Shown one piece after another: positions 8,898 through 16,027 of a DNA stretch of 64,000 nt. Source of the stretch: a phage. The position numbers and the translations under genes are program-made. The notes under the pieces are model-generated. The model worked only from the letters and a program-made list of their open reading frames with translations, had not been told where the DNA came from and ran no database searches. The stretch is from assembly GCA_027468165.1 (NCBI GenBank), contig GCA_027468165.1_3951.1; one strand, given 5' to 3'. Numbering within the stretch: the stretch's first letter is position 1; every line of letters starts with the position of its first letter.

Positions 8898-9362
8898 TTA
8901 CTTTGGGTATACACTGTCAAGATAAATGTCAGCTTCCATTCTGCGTCTGTTTTTCAGGCCGTTTGAAGTGACCTTCTTACCTTTGACCGTAACCTTGTTC
9001 CACCACTGCATAGCTTCTGCACAACCTACCTTGTTACCAGCGTTGTGGCGCTTGATAAATGTAGAATCCTGCATAGCTGTGATACCGATGTTGTATGTTT
9101 CACTTACAAGTGCATCGAACTCGTTCTGAGAGGTTGGAACCTTGATGGCTTTATTCACTGCTGCAACGAACTTCTCAACATCTGCAAGAAGATACTGTTC
9201 AGCTTGTTCAGCGGTAATTTTCATACCCATCTTAACAGGTTTTCCGTCAATACGGATTGTACCATACCCGATTGTTGGGATTCCGGCAGAGTCTTCGTAA
9301 GCCTCTAACTTCAGACCTTCAAAGAACTTAATAGCCTCCAAACCTTTTCTTGAGAGTTGCAT
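8898..9362 (-). CDS. T4-type lysozyme (GH24 endolysin)
   Basis: N-terminal LEAIKFFEGLKLEAYEDSAGIPTIGYGT matches the T4 lysozyme catalytic E/D/T region; SD GGGGAGG upstream. Confidence 0.8.
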   Translation of the reverse strand: MQLSRKGLEAIKFFEGLKLEAYEDSAGIPTIGYGTIRIDGKPVKMGMKITAEQAEQYLLADVEKFVAAVNKAIKVPTSQNEFDALVSETYNIGITAMQDSTFIKRHNAGNKVGCAEAMQWWNKVTVKGKKVTSNGLKNRRRMEADIYLDSVYPK

Positions 9363-10246
9363 TATGCCTCCCCTGCTGGGTTAACTGTAACTGTTGCCGC
9401 ATTAGATGTTACAGAGCCACCTGCACCAGTAACTACACAAGTGTAGCTTCCTGCATCAGCAGCAGTTGCACCTTCTTTGGTATAAGTTGCAGCAGTTGCA
9501 TTGAGGATATCTTCCTCACCTTTCTTCCACTGGTAACCTGTTGCACCAGTTGCCACAACATTCAGTGTTAAGGTCTCACCTTCAGTGATTTCTTGATTGG
9601 CTGGTTGTTGAGTGATAACTGGCAAAGCATTCACGGTTACTGTTGCTGCATCTGAGGTGACACTTGTCCCGCCCTCTCCAGATACAACGCAAGTGTATGA
9701 ACCAGCGTCAGAAGGTGCTACGGATTGTTTTGTGTAAGTTGCAGAAGTGGCACTAGGGATGTCCTCACCATCTTTCTTCCACTGATAACCAGTGGCATTA
9801 GATGCAACAACACTCAGAGTAAGCGTTCCACCTTCATTGACTGTTTGGTTTGTTGGTTGCTGAGTGATTGATGGTGGTGTGATGGCATCTTTCAACTTAG
9901 CATTCAGCATTGAGAACGGCTTAACTCTTGCCAACCATTCACAATACACTGTGTCAACGTCTTTACCATTAATGATTGCATACTGTAAATCCATGAAGAA
10001 ATCAGCAGTTCTCATCTGTGCACCAACACTGTAAAGGAGTTCATCACTAAAAGGAACTTTGTAGTCTGGTTTGTAGTCAAACTTCGCAACCTCTGCAATA
10101 TCAGCTTCAGGCCAATATGAGCTATAGGTGAGTGGTAAAATAGCTTCTTGATATGTTCTAAAATCATATCTCTTACCAGCCTTTACATTTGCAATGAAAC
10201 CCTTTACAAATTCTTTGAAGTCTGGGTAAGTCTTTGCTTTAATCAT
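9362..10246 (-). CDS. Protein with N-terminal domain of unknown function plus two tandem Ig-like domains
   Basis: Two ~85-aa repeats (ITQQPTNQTVNEGGTLTLSVVASNATGYQWKKDGEDI... and ITQQPANQEITEGETLTLNVVATGATGYQWKKGEEDI...); stop overlaps lysozyme start (TAATG). Confidence 0.6.
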   Translation of the reverse strand: MIKAKTYPDFKEFVKGFIANVKAGKRYDFRTYQEAILPLTYSSYWPEADIAEVAKFDYKPDYKVPFSDELLYSVGAQMRTADFFMDLQYAIINGKDVDTVYCEWLARVKPFSMLNAKLKDAITPPSITQQPTNQTVNEGGTLTLSVVASNATGYQWKKDGEDIPSATSATYTKQSVAPSDAGSYTCVVSGEGGTSVTSDAATVTVNALPVITQQPANQEITEGETLTLNVVATGATGYQWKKGEEDILNATAATYTKEGATAADAGSYTCVVTGAGGSVTSNAATVTVNPAGEA

Positions 10247-10614
10247 TTCTTTTTAGCCTCTAAACGTGCGTTTAATCTAAAATAGCCTTTATGTTGTGGA
10301 GACACATCACTAACAACAATACCTTCAACCTTATAACCCTTACCAATTACATACTGGATACCCATAAGAAACGTACCAAGCCCAACAATGTGGAACATTG
10401 GGTATAGTAACTTATCTGAATCTGGGAGCTTAATTTCTGGGTTATAGGTGGGTTGTTCGGCAGTTGGTGTAATATCCTCTTCAGGCCATTTACTCATTCT
10501 CCATGTTAAAGGTGATGCAATAACATCGTTAAGATTGTATCTTTCACCATTCTCCACGGAGTGGATATAGGATTGTAGGAAGCAATAAAAGTCTTTTGCA
10601 CTCTTAGCCTTCAT
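10243..10614 (-). CDS. Paralog of the N-terminal domain of the 9362-10246 product (123 aa)
   Basis: Shared pattern AK..DF...RY...WPE.DI...Y.P..K.P.SD.LLY...QY.I.GK between the two proteins. Confidence 0.55.
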   Translation of the reverse strand: MKAKSAKDFYCFLQSYIHSVENGERYNLNDVIASPLTWRMSKWPEEDITPTAEQPTYNPEIKLPDSDKLLYPMFHIVGLGTFLMGIQYVIGKGYKVEGIVVSDVSPQHKGYFRLNARLEAKKK

Positions 10615-10627
10615 TAAATATCCTTAT

Positions 10628-10658
10628 AAACAGATAAAGGGGCATCAGCCCCTGTTTA
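10628..10658 (-). terminator. Hairpin GGGGC-ATCA-GCCCC with T-rich flank on minus strand
   Basis: Read directly; intergenic between two minus-strand genes. Confidence 0.4.
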
Positions 10659-10661
10659 TAC

Positions 10662-11252
10662 TTAAGCTTTGGTCTTAAGTAGGTTCTTAAGTTTTTTGAG
10701 ATTCATGCTCTCGTCAAACTTAAAACCAAATCCATTGACATAATCAATGAACTCGGATTTCTTACTAAGTGATAGTGCGTAACTCATATCAAAGTTATTA
10801 CTTGTTTCTGCGTCTGGACTAGAGTTCACATCAAATGAAATTTCTGTAGGCTCTTGCTTGCTACTTCTCATATTATCAATCAATAGACAGGTGTAGTTCG
10901 CTGGATAGAAGTTAACACTCCCATCAACATACCCATACTTATTATTGTGAATAAGGCTTGAAAATACCTTAAGAAATGTTTCTGAGTCGTGGCATACAAG
11001 TTTGAATTGGCTGCATTCTCCAAGAGCCACTAAAGAGTAAGGACTTTCACTATCAATGTCATAGTTTGGGTTTGATGTTGTAACCGTCACACGCATCAGG
11101 TTATTGGCAATAGTCTTCTGCTTAAAAGAATTTGGAACATAGTGAAGACCTCTATCACACTGATTAACTAACTCTTTCAATAGGTCATTTGCATATGGTG
11201 AATTAATTGATACAGAGCCATCACTATTATAATTAAAACTTACTGTTAACAT
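10662..11252 (-). CDS. Hypothetical protein (196 aa)
   Basis: ORF track. Confidence 0.5.
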   Translation of the reverse strand: MLTVSFNYNSDGSVSINSPYANDLLKELVNQCDRGLHYVPNSFKQKTIANNLMRVTVTTSNPNYDIDSESPYSLVALGECSQFKLVCHDSETFLKVFSSLIHNNKYGYVDGSVNFYPANYTCLLIDNMRSSKQEPTEISFDVNSSPDAETSNNFDMSYALSLSKKSEFIDYVNGFGFKFDESMNLKKLKNLLKTKA

Positions 11253-11479
11253 TTTTCAGTTCTCCTGCGATTTATGATTTTGCTGCAATAGAGAAACGAA
11301 GTAAACTCACTGGAAGAAACCATTAAGTGTTGTTCACTAGATTGAGCCATTGCCCTGAAATACATTCCAGTCAAAGCATCGTAGTGACTATTCTTTCCAA
11401 TTGAGGTTATATAGCCATGACTCTTTGCAGTTTTATATAAATCTATAATATCTGCGATTTCTAATTGGGAACTACACAT
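11246..11479 (-). CDS. Hypothetical protein (77 aa)
   Basis: ORF track. Confidence 0.4.
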   Translation of the reverse strand: MCSSQLEIADIIDLYKTAKSHGYITSIGKNSHYDALTGMYFRAMAQSSEQHLMVSSSEFTSFLYCSKIINRRRTEKC

Positions 11480-11714
11480 AGATAATCCTCTTGTCTTCTG
11501 TAATTTTGAAAGAACAGGTACAGACCAATTTCAGAGGACGAATAGTAGAGTAACTCTACCCTTTTTGATTCCTTACAGTGATTGGTATTTTTACCTTTCT
11601 TCGGGTTGTTTGATTTTCTCATTAAGTCTCCTTTGTAGAACAAGGCAGACCTACAGCTTTAAGTAAGATGGTACAGTAATCCATACAACAAGTCAAGAAC
11701 TATTGCAAGTTAAA

Positions 11715-11765
11715 AAAGTTGTTGACAAAGGACTTGACAAGGTGTAGGCTTATAAATACTTAGAA
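11715..11765 (+). promoter_or_regulatory. Putative promoter region at the minus-to-plus strand switch (tandem TTGACA boxes, motif ACTTGACAAGGTG)
   Basis: AAAAAAGTTGTTGACAAAGGACTTGACAAGGTGTAGGCTTATAAAT; the -10 element is ambiguous. Confidence 0.35.
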
Positions 11766-11871
11766 GATTACTTAAAAGGTTCCTCTAAAAAGGCTATTTA
11801 AACAGATATCTTTCTGGATATCTATCTTTTATCTTAAAAGCCTTTTAAGAGGTCTTATAAGAGGCATACCA

Positions 11872-12243
11872 ATGAAAAACAGAACAAACAAAGGCCAGTT
11901 TAAAAAAGGCCAGTCTGGAAACCCATCTGGAAGACCAAAAGGCTCTCGTAACAAAAGCTCTCTCGTAAAAGCTCAACTGACCATTGATAATTCTGCTGAG
12001 TTTGCTGCAAAGCTGTTTGAGGCGATTGTTACAAGGGACGCTGCTAAGCTTGCAGAGTTCGGTTTGACGACTGACGATGTAAACCTGAAGTCAATGATGG
12101 AAGCTGGTAAAACTATCATGACCCACTCAGCAGGTGAGATGAAAGCAATTGCAGCAGACACTAAGAAGACTCCTGATAACGGTGGTCAACAACAGACAGA
12201 TAACAAACCAACGTTCTCTGCTGTAGCAACTCTCAAAAAATAA
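11872..12243 (+). CDS. Small basic protein with N-terminal GNPSGRPKG motif (123 aa)
   Basis: ORF track; motif recurs in many uncharacterised phage proteins, function not assigned here. Confidence 0.5.
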   Translation: MKNRTNKGQFKKGQSGNPSGRPKGSRNKSSLVKAQLTIDNSAEFAAKLFEAIVTRDAAKLAEFGLTTDDVNLKSMMEAGKTIMTHSAGEMKAIAADTKKTPDNGGQQQTDNKPTFSAVATLKK

Positions 12244-12250
12244 TTTTAAA

Positions 12251-12285
12251 AGGTGTTGACAGACTCTACAAAGTTGCTCTAAAGT
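12251..12285 (+). promoter_or_regulatory. Putative promoter: A-tract, TTGACA 12256-12261, 18 bp, TAAAGT 12280-12285, with inverted repeat GACAGACT/AGTCTGTC bridging -35 and -10
   Basis: Read directly. Confidence 0.5.
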
Positions 12286-12324
12286 CTGTCACATCAAACA
12301 ACAAATGAGAGAAGAGAGTAAAAT

Positions 12325-13740
12325 ATGAGCGAGTTATTTAAACATGCGCACCTTCATACAGGTCGAACTGAAAATGGTGCTGTAAACCATACTTCATCAA
12401 TGTCTGCTCTGGTAGACTTCTACAAAGCCGCTGGCTCAAGCCGTAGCAATGTAGAAATCTTACCAGACCTGTTCTACAAAGCTTTGCGTGAGGATGTTGA
12501 TGTTGCAGTTCGTATTTTACTGCATATGCGAGATGTACGAGAAGGTATGGGCGAGCGTAAAGCTTTCCGAACTGTTTTACTTCAAGCAATTGAAGATAAG
12601 GTTTTAGAGCCTACACAGGTTCTTCGCATCATGGATAAGATTGCAGAACTTGGTCGTTTTGATGACTTCAAAATCTTCGTAGGTACTCGTTTTGAGACAG
12701 ATTCCTTCAAACATTTAGAAGCAGCATTACTAGACCCTGCAACAGCAGGTTTAGCAGCTAAGTGGTTGCCACGAGTAAAACCACGCCACAAACAGTTTGT
12801 AAAACGTTTCTGTAAGTTTGCAAACTTGAGTGAGAAGGAGTATCGCACACTGTTATCTGCACTGTCTGATACGGTTGAGCAAAAAATCTCTGCTAATGAT
12901 TTTGGTAAGATTGACTACAGCAAGATTCCTTCACTCGCTGCTGCACGTTACCAAAAGCTCTTTAACCGTAAAGATGGGGAACGTTACAAAGCTTATATCG
13001 AGTCACTCTCAAAAGGTGAGGCTAAGATTAACGCTGGTGCTGTTTACCCATACGATGTGATTAAATCTATTAAGTATGGTAATGCAGATGTTGCTAATGA
13101 GCAGTGGAAAGCACTTCCAAACTGGATGGCAGAAGGTGAAAACATCTTGTGTATGACTGATGTCTCAAGCTCAATGTCTTGGGTGAATCTTGGTTCAATC
13201 ACTGCCCTTGATATTGGTGTATCCCTTGCCTTGTATGTAGCAGAACGCAATACAGGTTGCTTTAAAGATGAGTTAATGGTCTATTCAACAAACCCTCATT
13301 TCATTGAACTGAGTGGTGATTTACGAAACCGTCATCGTCAGGTGATGCGACATGTTGAATATGGTTCAACTAACTTACAAGCAGCTTTTGACCGCATTCT
13401 TGAGGTAGGTAAGCGAAACAAATTGACTCAGAAAGATATGCCAAGTAAGCTTATCATCTTCTCTGATATGGAGTTTAATCAGGTTGATGGTGCAAATGGT
13501 CGTACAAACTTTGAAGCAATTCAGAGTAAGTACAAAAAAGCTGGATATGAGATGCCACAACTAGTATTCTGGTACTTAGCAAACCGTAATGGTACTTGCG
13601 AAGTGTCTGTTAAGGATAATGGTGTAGCAATGGTATCAGGGTTCTCTCCAGCCACTTTAAAAGCTCTGCTTGGTGGTGAGAAGTTTGACCCAATCAGCGT
13701 AATGCTCAAAGCAGTAATGATTGACCGTTACATCTGGTAA
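12325..13740 (+). CDS. von Willebrand factor A (vWA) domain protein with MIDAS motif; N-terminal ~270 aa unassigned (possibly TROVE-like)
   Basis: DxSxS motif (CMTDVSSSMS) followed by a vWA-like beta strand (KLIIFSDMEF); strong SD; sits immediately upstream of the tRNA array. Confidence 0.65.
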   Translation: MSELFKHAHLHTGRTENGAVNHTSSMSALVDFYKAAGSSRSNVEILPDLFYKALREDVDVAVRILLHMRDVREGMGERKAFRTVLLQAIEDKVLEPTQVLRIMDKIAELGRFDDFKIFVGTRFETDSFKHLEAALLDPATAGLAAKWLPRVKPRHKQFVKRFCKFANLSEKEYRTLLSALSDTVEQKISANDFGKIDYSKIPSLAAARYQKLFNRKDGERYKAYIESLSKGEAKINAGAVYPYDVIKSIKYGNADVANEQWKALPNWMAEGENILCMTDVSSSMSWVNLGSITALDIGVSLALYVAERNTGCFKDELMVYSTNPHFIELSGDLRNRHRQVMRHVEYGSTNLQAAFDRILEVGKRNKLTQKDMPSKLIIFSDMEFNQVDGANGRTNFEAIQSKYKKAGYEMPQLVFWYLANRNGTCEVSVKDNGVAMVSGFSPATLKALLGGEKFDPISVMLKAVMIDRYIW

Positions 13741-13752
13741 AAAGTTTTAAAA

Positions 13753-13787
13753 AGGGTATTGACAATGTGTTTGATACCCTTTAATAT
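13753..13787 (+). promoter_or_regulatory. Putative promoter: A-tract, TTGACA 13759-13764, 17 bp, TAATAT 13782-13787
   Basis: Near-consensus sigma70 elements; likely drives the tRNA array. Confidence 0.55.
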
Positions 13788-13842
13788 GTTCTACATAGAA
13801 ACGAAATGAGAGCTTTTCTAAGATACTGAAAATATTTTAAAA

Positions 13843-13878
13843 AAGTTCTTGACAACCACTAAAAAATAATGTTAAAGT
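13843..13878 (+). promoter_or_regulatory. Putative promoter: A-tract, TTGACA 13849-13854, 18 bp, TAAAGT 13873-13878, inverted repeat AACCACT/AGTGGTT
   Basis: Read directly. Confidence 0.5.
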
Positions 13879-13904
13879 GGTTACATAGAGTTTGAAAAGT
13901 TTAT

Positions 13905-13981
13905 CTCTGTTTAGCTCAGCTTGGTAGAGCGTTCCGTTTGGGGCGGTAAGGCCGGAGGTTCAAGTCCTCCAACAGAGACCA
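13905..13981 (+). tRNA. tRNA-Pro (anticodon UGG)
   Basis: Manual fold: acceptor CTCTGTT/AACAGAG, D-arm GCTCAGCTTGGTAGAGC, anticodon loop TTTGGGG, T-arm GGAGG-TTCAAGT-CCTCC, CCA encoded. Confidence 0.7.
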
Positions 13982-13988
13982 AATTAAT

Positions 13989-14066
13989 GTTCCAGTAGAC
14001 AAAATGGTATAGTCACCACTCTTTCAAAGTGGATATTTGAGGGTTCAAATCCCTTCTGGAACGCCA
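13989..14066 (+). tRNA. tRNA-Glu (anticodon UUC)
   Basis: Acceptor GTTCCAG/CTGGAAC, anticodon stem-loop CCACT-CTTTCAA-AGTGG, T-loop TTCAAAT, CCA encoded. Confidence 0.75.
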
Positions 14067-14073
14067 GTTTTGA

Positions 14074-14146
14074 CAGAAGACCAATTGCAGCAAACTTAAT
14101 CTTATTCATCTGACACGAAATCGGACAAAGAAGAGATTTGGTCTGG
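14074..14146 (+). repeat. tRNA-spacer element E1 (5' CAGAAGACC ... 3' GGTCTGG)
   Basis: Conserved termini able to pair (AGACC/GGTCT); starts 8 nt after tRNA-Glu and ends 12 nt before the next tRNA. Confidence 0.5.
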
Positions 14147-14157
14147 TCATTAAGAAT

Positions 14158-14234
14158 TGCGGGTATAGAGAAAGGGCGTCTCACATGTCTCATTAGCATG
14201 GTATCGGCAGGTTCGACTCCTGCACCCGCCTCCA
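14158..14234 (+). tRNA. tRNA-Met (anticodon CAU), initiator-like
   Basis: Anticodon stem-loop CATGT-CTCATTA-GCATG, T-arm GCAGG-TTCGACT-CCTGC, acceptor with unpaired 1:72 position; D-arm atypical. Confidence 0.55.
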
Positions 14235-14240
14235 ATTTTG

Positions 14241-14300
14241 CAGAAGACCGTATGCAGCAATAAACTACTTTTTGCGGATAAAAGAAAAAACACGGTCTGG
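14241..14300 (+). repeat. tRNA-spacer element E2 (CAGAAGACC ... GGTCTGG)
   Basis: Same terminal motifs and same placement relative to flanking tRNAs as E1. Confidence 0.5.
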
Positions 14301-14311
14301 CAATGTATTAA

Positions 14312-14385
14312 GGTTAGGAAGCACATAAGGTATGTGCGGTCGCCTGTTAAGCGAATGGCACAGGGTTCGAATCCCTGACTAACCG
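14312..14385 (+). tRNA. tRNA-Asn (anticodon GUU)
   Basis: Acceptor GGTTAGG/ACTAACC, D-stem GCAC/GTGC, anticodon loop CTGTTAA, T-arm CAGGG-TTCGAAT-CCCTG. Confidence 0.65.
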
Positions 14386-14396
14386 CAAATTTAAAT

Positions 14397-14484
14397 GTGT
14401 CGTTATCCCGTAGATGGTAGCGGTGGGGACTGTAAATCCCTTGTCATTGAGACTCGGTAGGTTCGACTCCTACACGGCACACCA
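14397..14484 (+). tRNA. tRNA-Tyr (anticodon GUA), long variable arm
   Basis: Acceptor GTGTCGT/ACGGCAC, anticodon loop CTGTAAA, ~14-nt variable arm, T-arm GTAGG-TTCGACT-CCTAC, CCA encoded. Confidence 0.7.
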
Positions 14485-14545
14485 ATTTTGAGAGGGCTAT
14501 TTAGCCCCTCCCTTAAAGGGTTCTTACGAGTATCCTTTAAAGGAG

Positions 14546-14619
14546 CAGAAGACCAAATACAGCAAGTTACTTAAAATTTCAAGCTAATTTAATTTTGAAA
14601 AATTTAAAACTTGGTCTGG
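14546..14619 (+). repeat. tRNA-spacer element E3 (CAGAAGACC ... GGTCTGG)
   Basis: Same terminal motifs. Confidence 0.5.
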
Positions 14620-14632
14620 CTCAACAAATTTA

Positions 14633-14763
14633 CAGAAGACCGTTTACAGCAAAACTTAAACAATCTATTTCTCGGTAAAGAAAAGGCGAAGGTTCGATTC
14701 CTTCACTCGGCAGATGTCGAGTTGGTGTAATGGTAGCACTTAAGATGATAAACAACGGTCTGG
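14633..14763 (+). repeat. tRNA-spacer element E4 (CAGAAGACC ... GGTCTGG) enclosing a tRNA-like fragment
   Basis: Same terminal motifs; interior contains T-arm and acceptor-like hairpins. Confidence 0.5.
14688..14739 (+). other. tRNA-like fragment in permuted order (T-arm + 3' acceptor strand, then complementary 5' acceptor strand + D-arm); no anticodon arm
   Basis: GAAGG-TTCGATT-CCTTC then ACTCGGC, 4-nt gap, then GTCGAGT + TGGTGTAATGGTAGCAC; the two acceptor strands are complementary. Confidence 0.3.
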
Positions 14764-14866
14764 TAATTATCTTTGCAGTAGCTTATGTGGCTAATTATGT
14801 CGTCCCATGAGTGCCGATGAATTTCCTTAGCATGATTCTAGATTAGCTTAATAGGAAATGACTCTA

Positions 14867-14887
14867 CAGACCCTTTAGCAAGGTCTG
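14867..14887 (+). repeat. Minimal spacer element E5 (CAGACC-CTTTAGCAA-GGTCTG)
   Basis: Shares the AGACC/GGTCT closing stem and GCAA motif with E1-E4. Confidence 0.4.
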
Positions 14888-14914
14888 CGTAGGTTACTGC
14901 AAAGATAATTTAAT

Positions 14915-14990
14915 GGAAGTGTAGCAGAATGGTGATGCGGCAGACTTTTAATCTGACAGGCGACGGGTTCGAATCCCTCCACTTCTACCA
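14915..14990 (+). tRNA. tRNA-Lys (anticodon UUU)
   Basis: Acceptor GGAAGTG/CACTTCT, anticodon loop CTTTTAA, T-loop TTCGAAT, CCA encoded; T-stem weak. Confidence 0.6.
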
Positions 14991-14994
14991 ATAT

Positions 14995-15071
14995 GGTTCA
15001 GTCGCAGATAAGGTAATGCAAGGGTCTCATAAGCCCTATGAATGTGGGTTCGATTCCCATCTGAACCTCCA
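14995..15071 (+). tRNA. tRNA with anticodon CAU (elongator Met or Ile-lysidine)
   Basis: Acceptor GGTTCAG/CTGAACC, anticodon stem-loop AGGGT-CTCATAA-GCCCT, T-loop TTCGATT, CCA encoded. Confidence 0.65.
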
Positions 15072-15072
15072 A

Positions 15073-15148
15073 GCTGGTATAGTTAAGAAGGTTATAACAC
15101 TCCCCTGATAAGGGAACATCGGTGGTTCGATTCCACCTACCAGTACCA
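15073..15148 (+). tRNA. tRNA-Ile (anticodon GAU)
   Basis: Acceptor GCTGGTA/TACCAGT, anticodon loop CTGATAA, T-arm GGTGG-TTCGATT-CCACC, CCA encoded. Confidence 0.7.
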
Positions 15149-15157
15149 ATTTCAATA

Positions 15158-15192
15158 AAGTTGTTGACATTGATATGTGACCACTTTATAGT
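15158..15192 (+). promoter_or_regulatory. Putative internal promoter: A-tract, TTGACA 15164-15169, 17 bp, TATAGT 15187-15192
   Basis: Near-consensus sigma70 elements. Confidence 0.5.
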
Positions 15193-15484
15193 AACTAAAA
15201 TACTTCATAATATGTATAATTCAAACACCAATACATGAGCGTTAGACGTAACACAATGTGGGGAAATTTGTTGTACATATTCTGAATAGTTTTCGTTGCG
15301 TAGCGTCTATTTTGCAAATTTAAAATAAATGCAAACGACAATGTTTTTCTGGCAGTAGCTTGATAGGCTAAACACCAGTGAGGTCTTCCAATCCCTCATC
15401 AAAGAATTTGGCGTACTCGCCCACGGTATGATTAATAAGGTGGGCATCTTTAAGGGTTTTTTAAGAGAGTCTTTAAAGATTAAT

Positions 15485-15561
15485 GCACCCTTAGTTCAAC
15501 TGGACAGAACAAATGACTTCTAATCATTAGGTTACAGGTTCGAATCCTGTAGGGTGTGCCA
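15485..15561 (+). tRNA. tRNA-Arg (anticodon UCU)
   Basis: Acceptor GCACCCT/AGGGTGT, D-stem GTTC/GAAC, anticodon stem-loop AATGA-CTTCTAA-TCATT, T-arm ACAGG-TTCGAAT-CCTGT, CCA encoded. Confidence 0.75.
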
Positions 15562-15576
15562 GTTTAAGAGGTATAT

Positions 15577-15918
15577 ATGAAGAACGGCTCTATAGGAGAA
15601 ATTGCAACTCAACTTGAGTTTATGAAGATGGGATATGAAATCTACTCACCAGCAACTGACAATGCTAGGTATGATTTTATAGCTCACAAAGACGGTAAAC
15701 TTTATAAAGTTGAAGTTAAATCCACCTCAAGGAAAGTTAGAGATGTATGGAAAGTGCAACTAAAGAGAGTTCATTCAAATAGAAGTTCAAACAGAATAGC
15801 TAACTTTGATAACACGTTAGTTGATTTCTTATCAGTTTATATTGAACCTCTTGAAAAGGTTATAATCCTTAAAGCTAAAGACGTTACTTCAAAAACTGAG
15901 TTAAGCTTAAGGGTTTAG
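15577..15918 (+). CDS. Small PD-(D/E)xK nuclease-like protein (113 aa) embedded in the tRNA array
   Basis: Motif D(FIA)...KVEVKS resembling the PD...(D/E)xK catalytic core; strong SD. Confidence 0.5.
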   Translation: MKNGSIGEIATQLEFMKMGYEIYSPATDNARYDFIAHKDGKLYKVEVKSTSRKVRDVWKVQLKRVHSNRSSNRIANFDNTLVDFLSVYIEPLEKVIILKAKDVTSKTELSLRV

Positions 15919-16027
15919 ATTATCTTCTGTAAGGAGGTGGTCTGTATCTCATGTTTCCAGAACATGTAAATAATCTGAGAAGGGGCTTTACAGTGTTGCG
16001 AAAATACGGTAAGCTTCGAATTATAGT

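Noticed and set aside
11461-11643. ORF 11461-11643 (60 aa, minus strand) at the upstream edge of the early block
   Set aside because: Lies in the region that should hold the promoter for the minus-strand block; no RBS; lysine/arginine-rich low-complexity translation.
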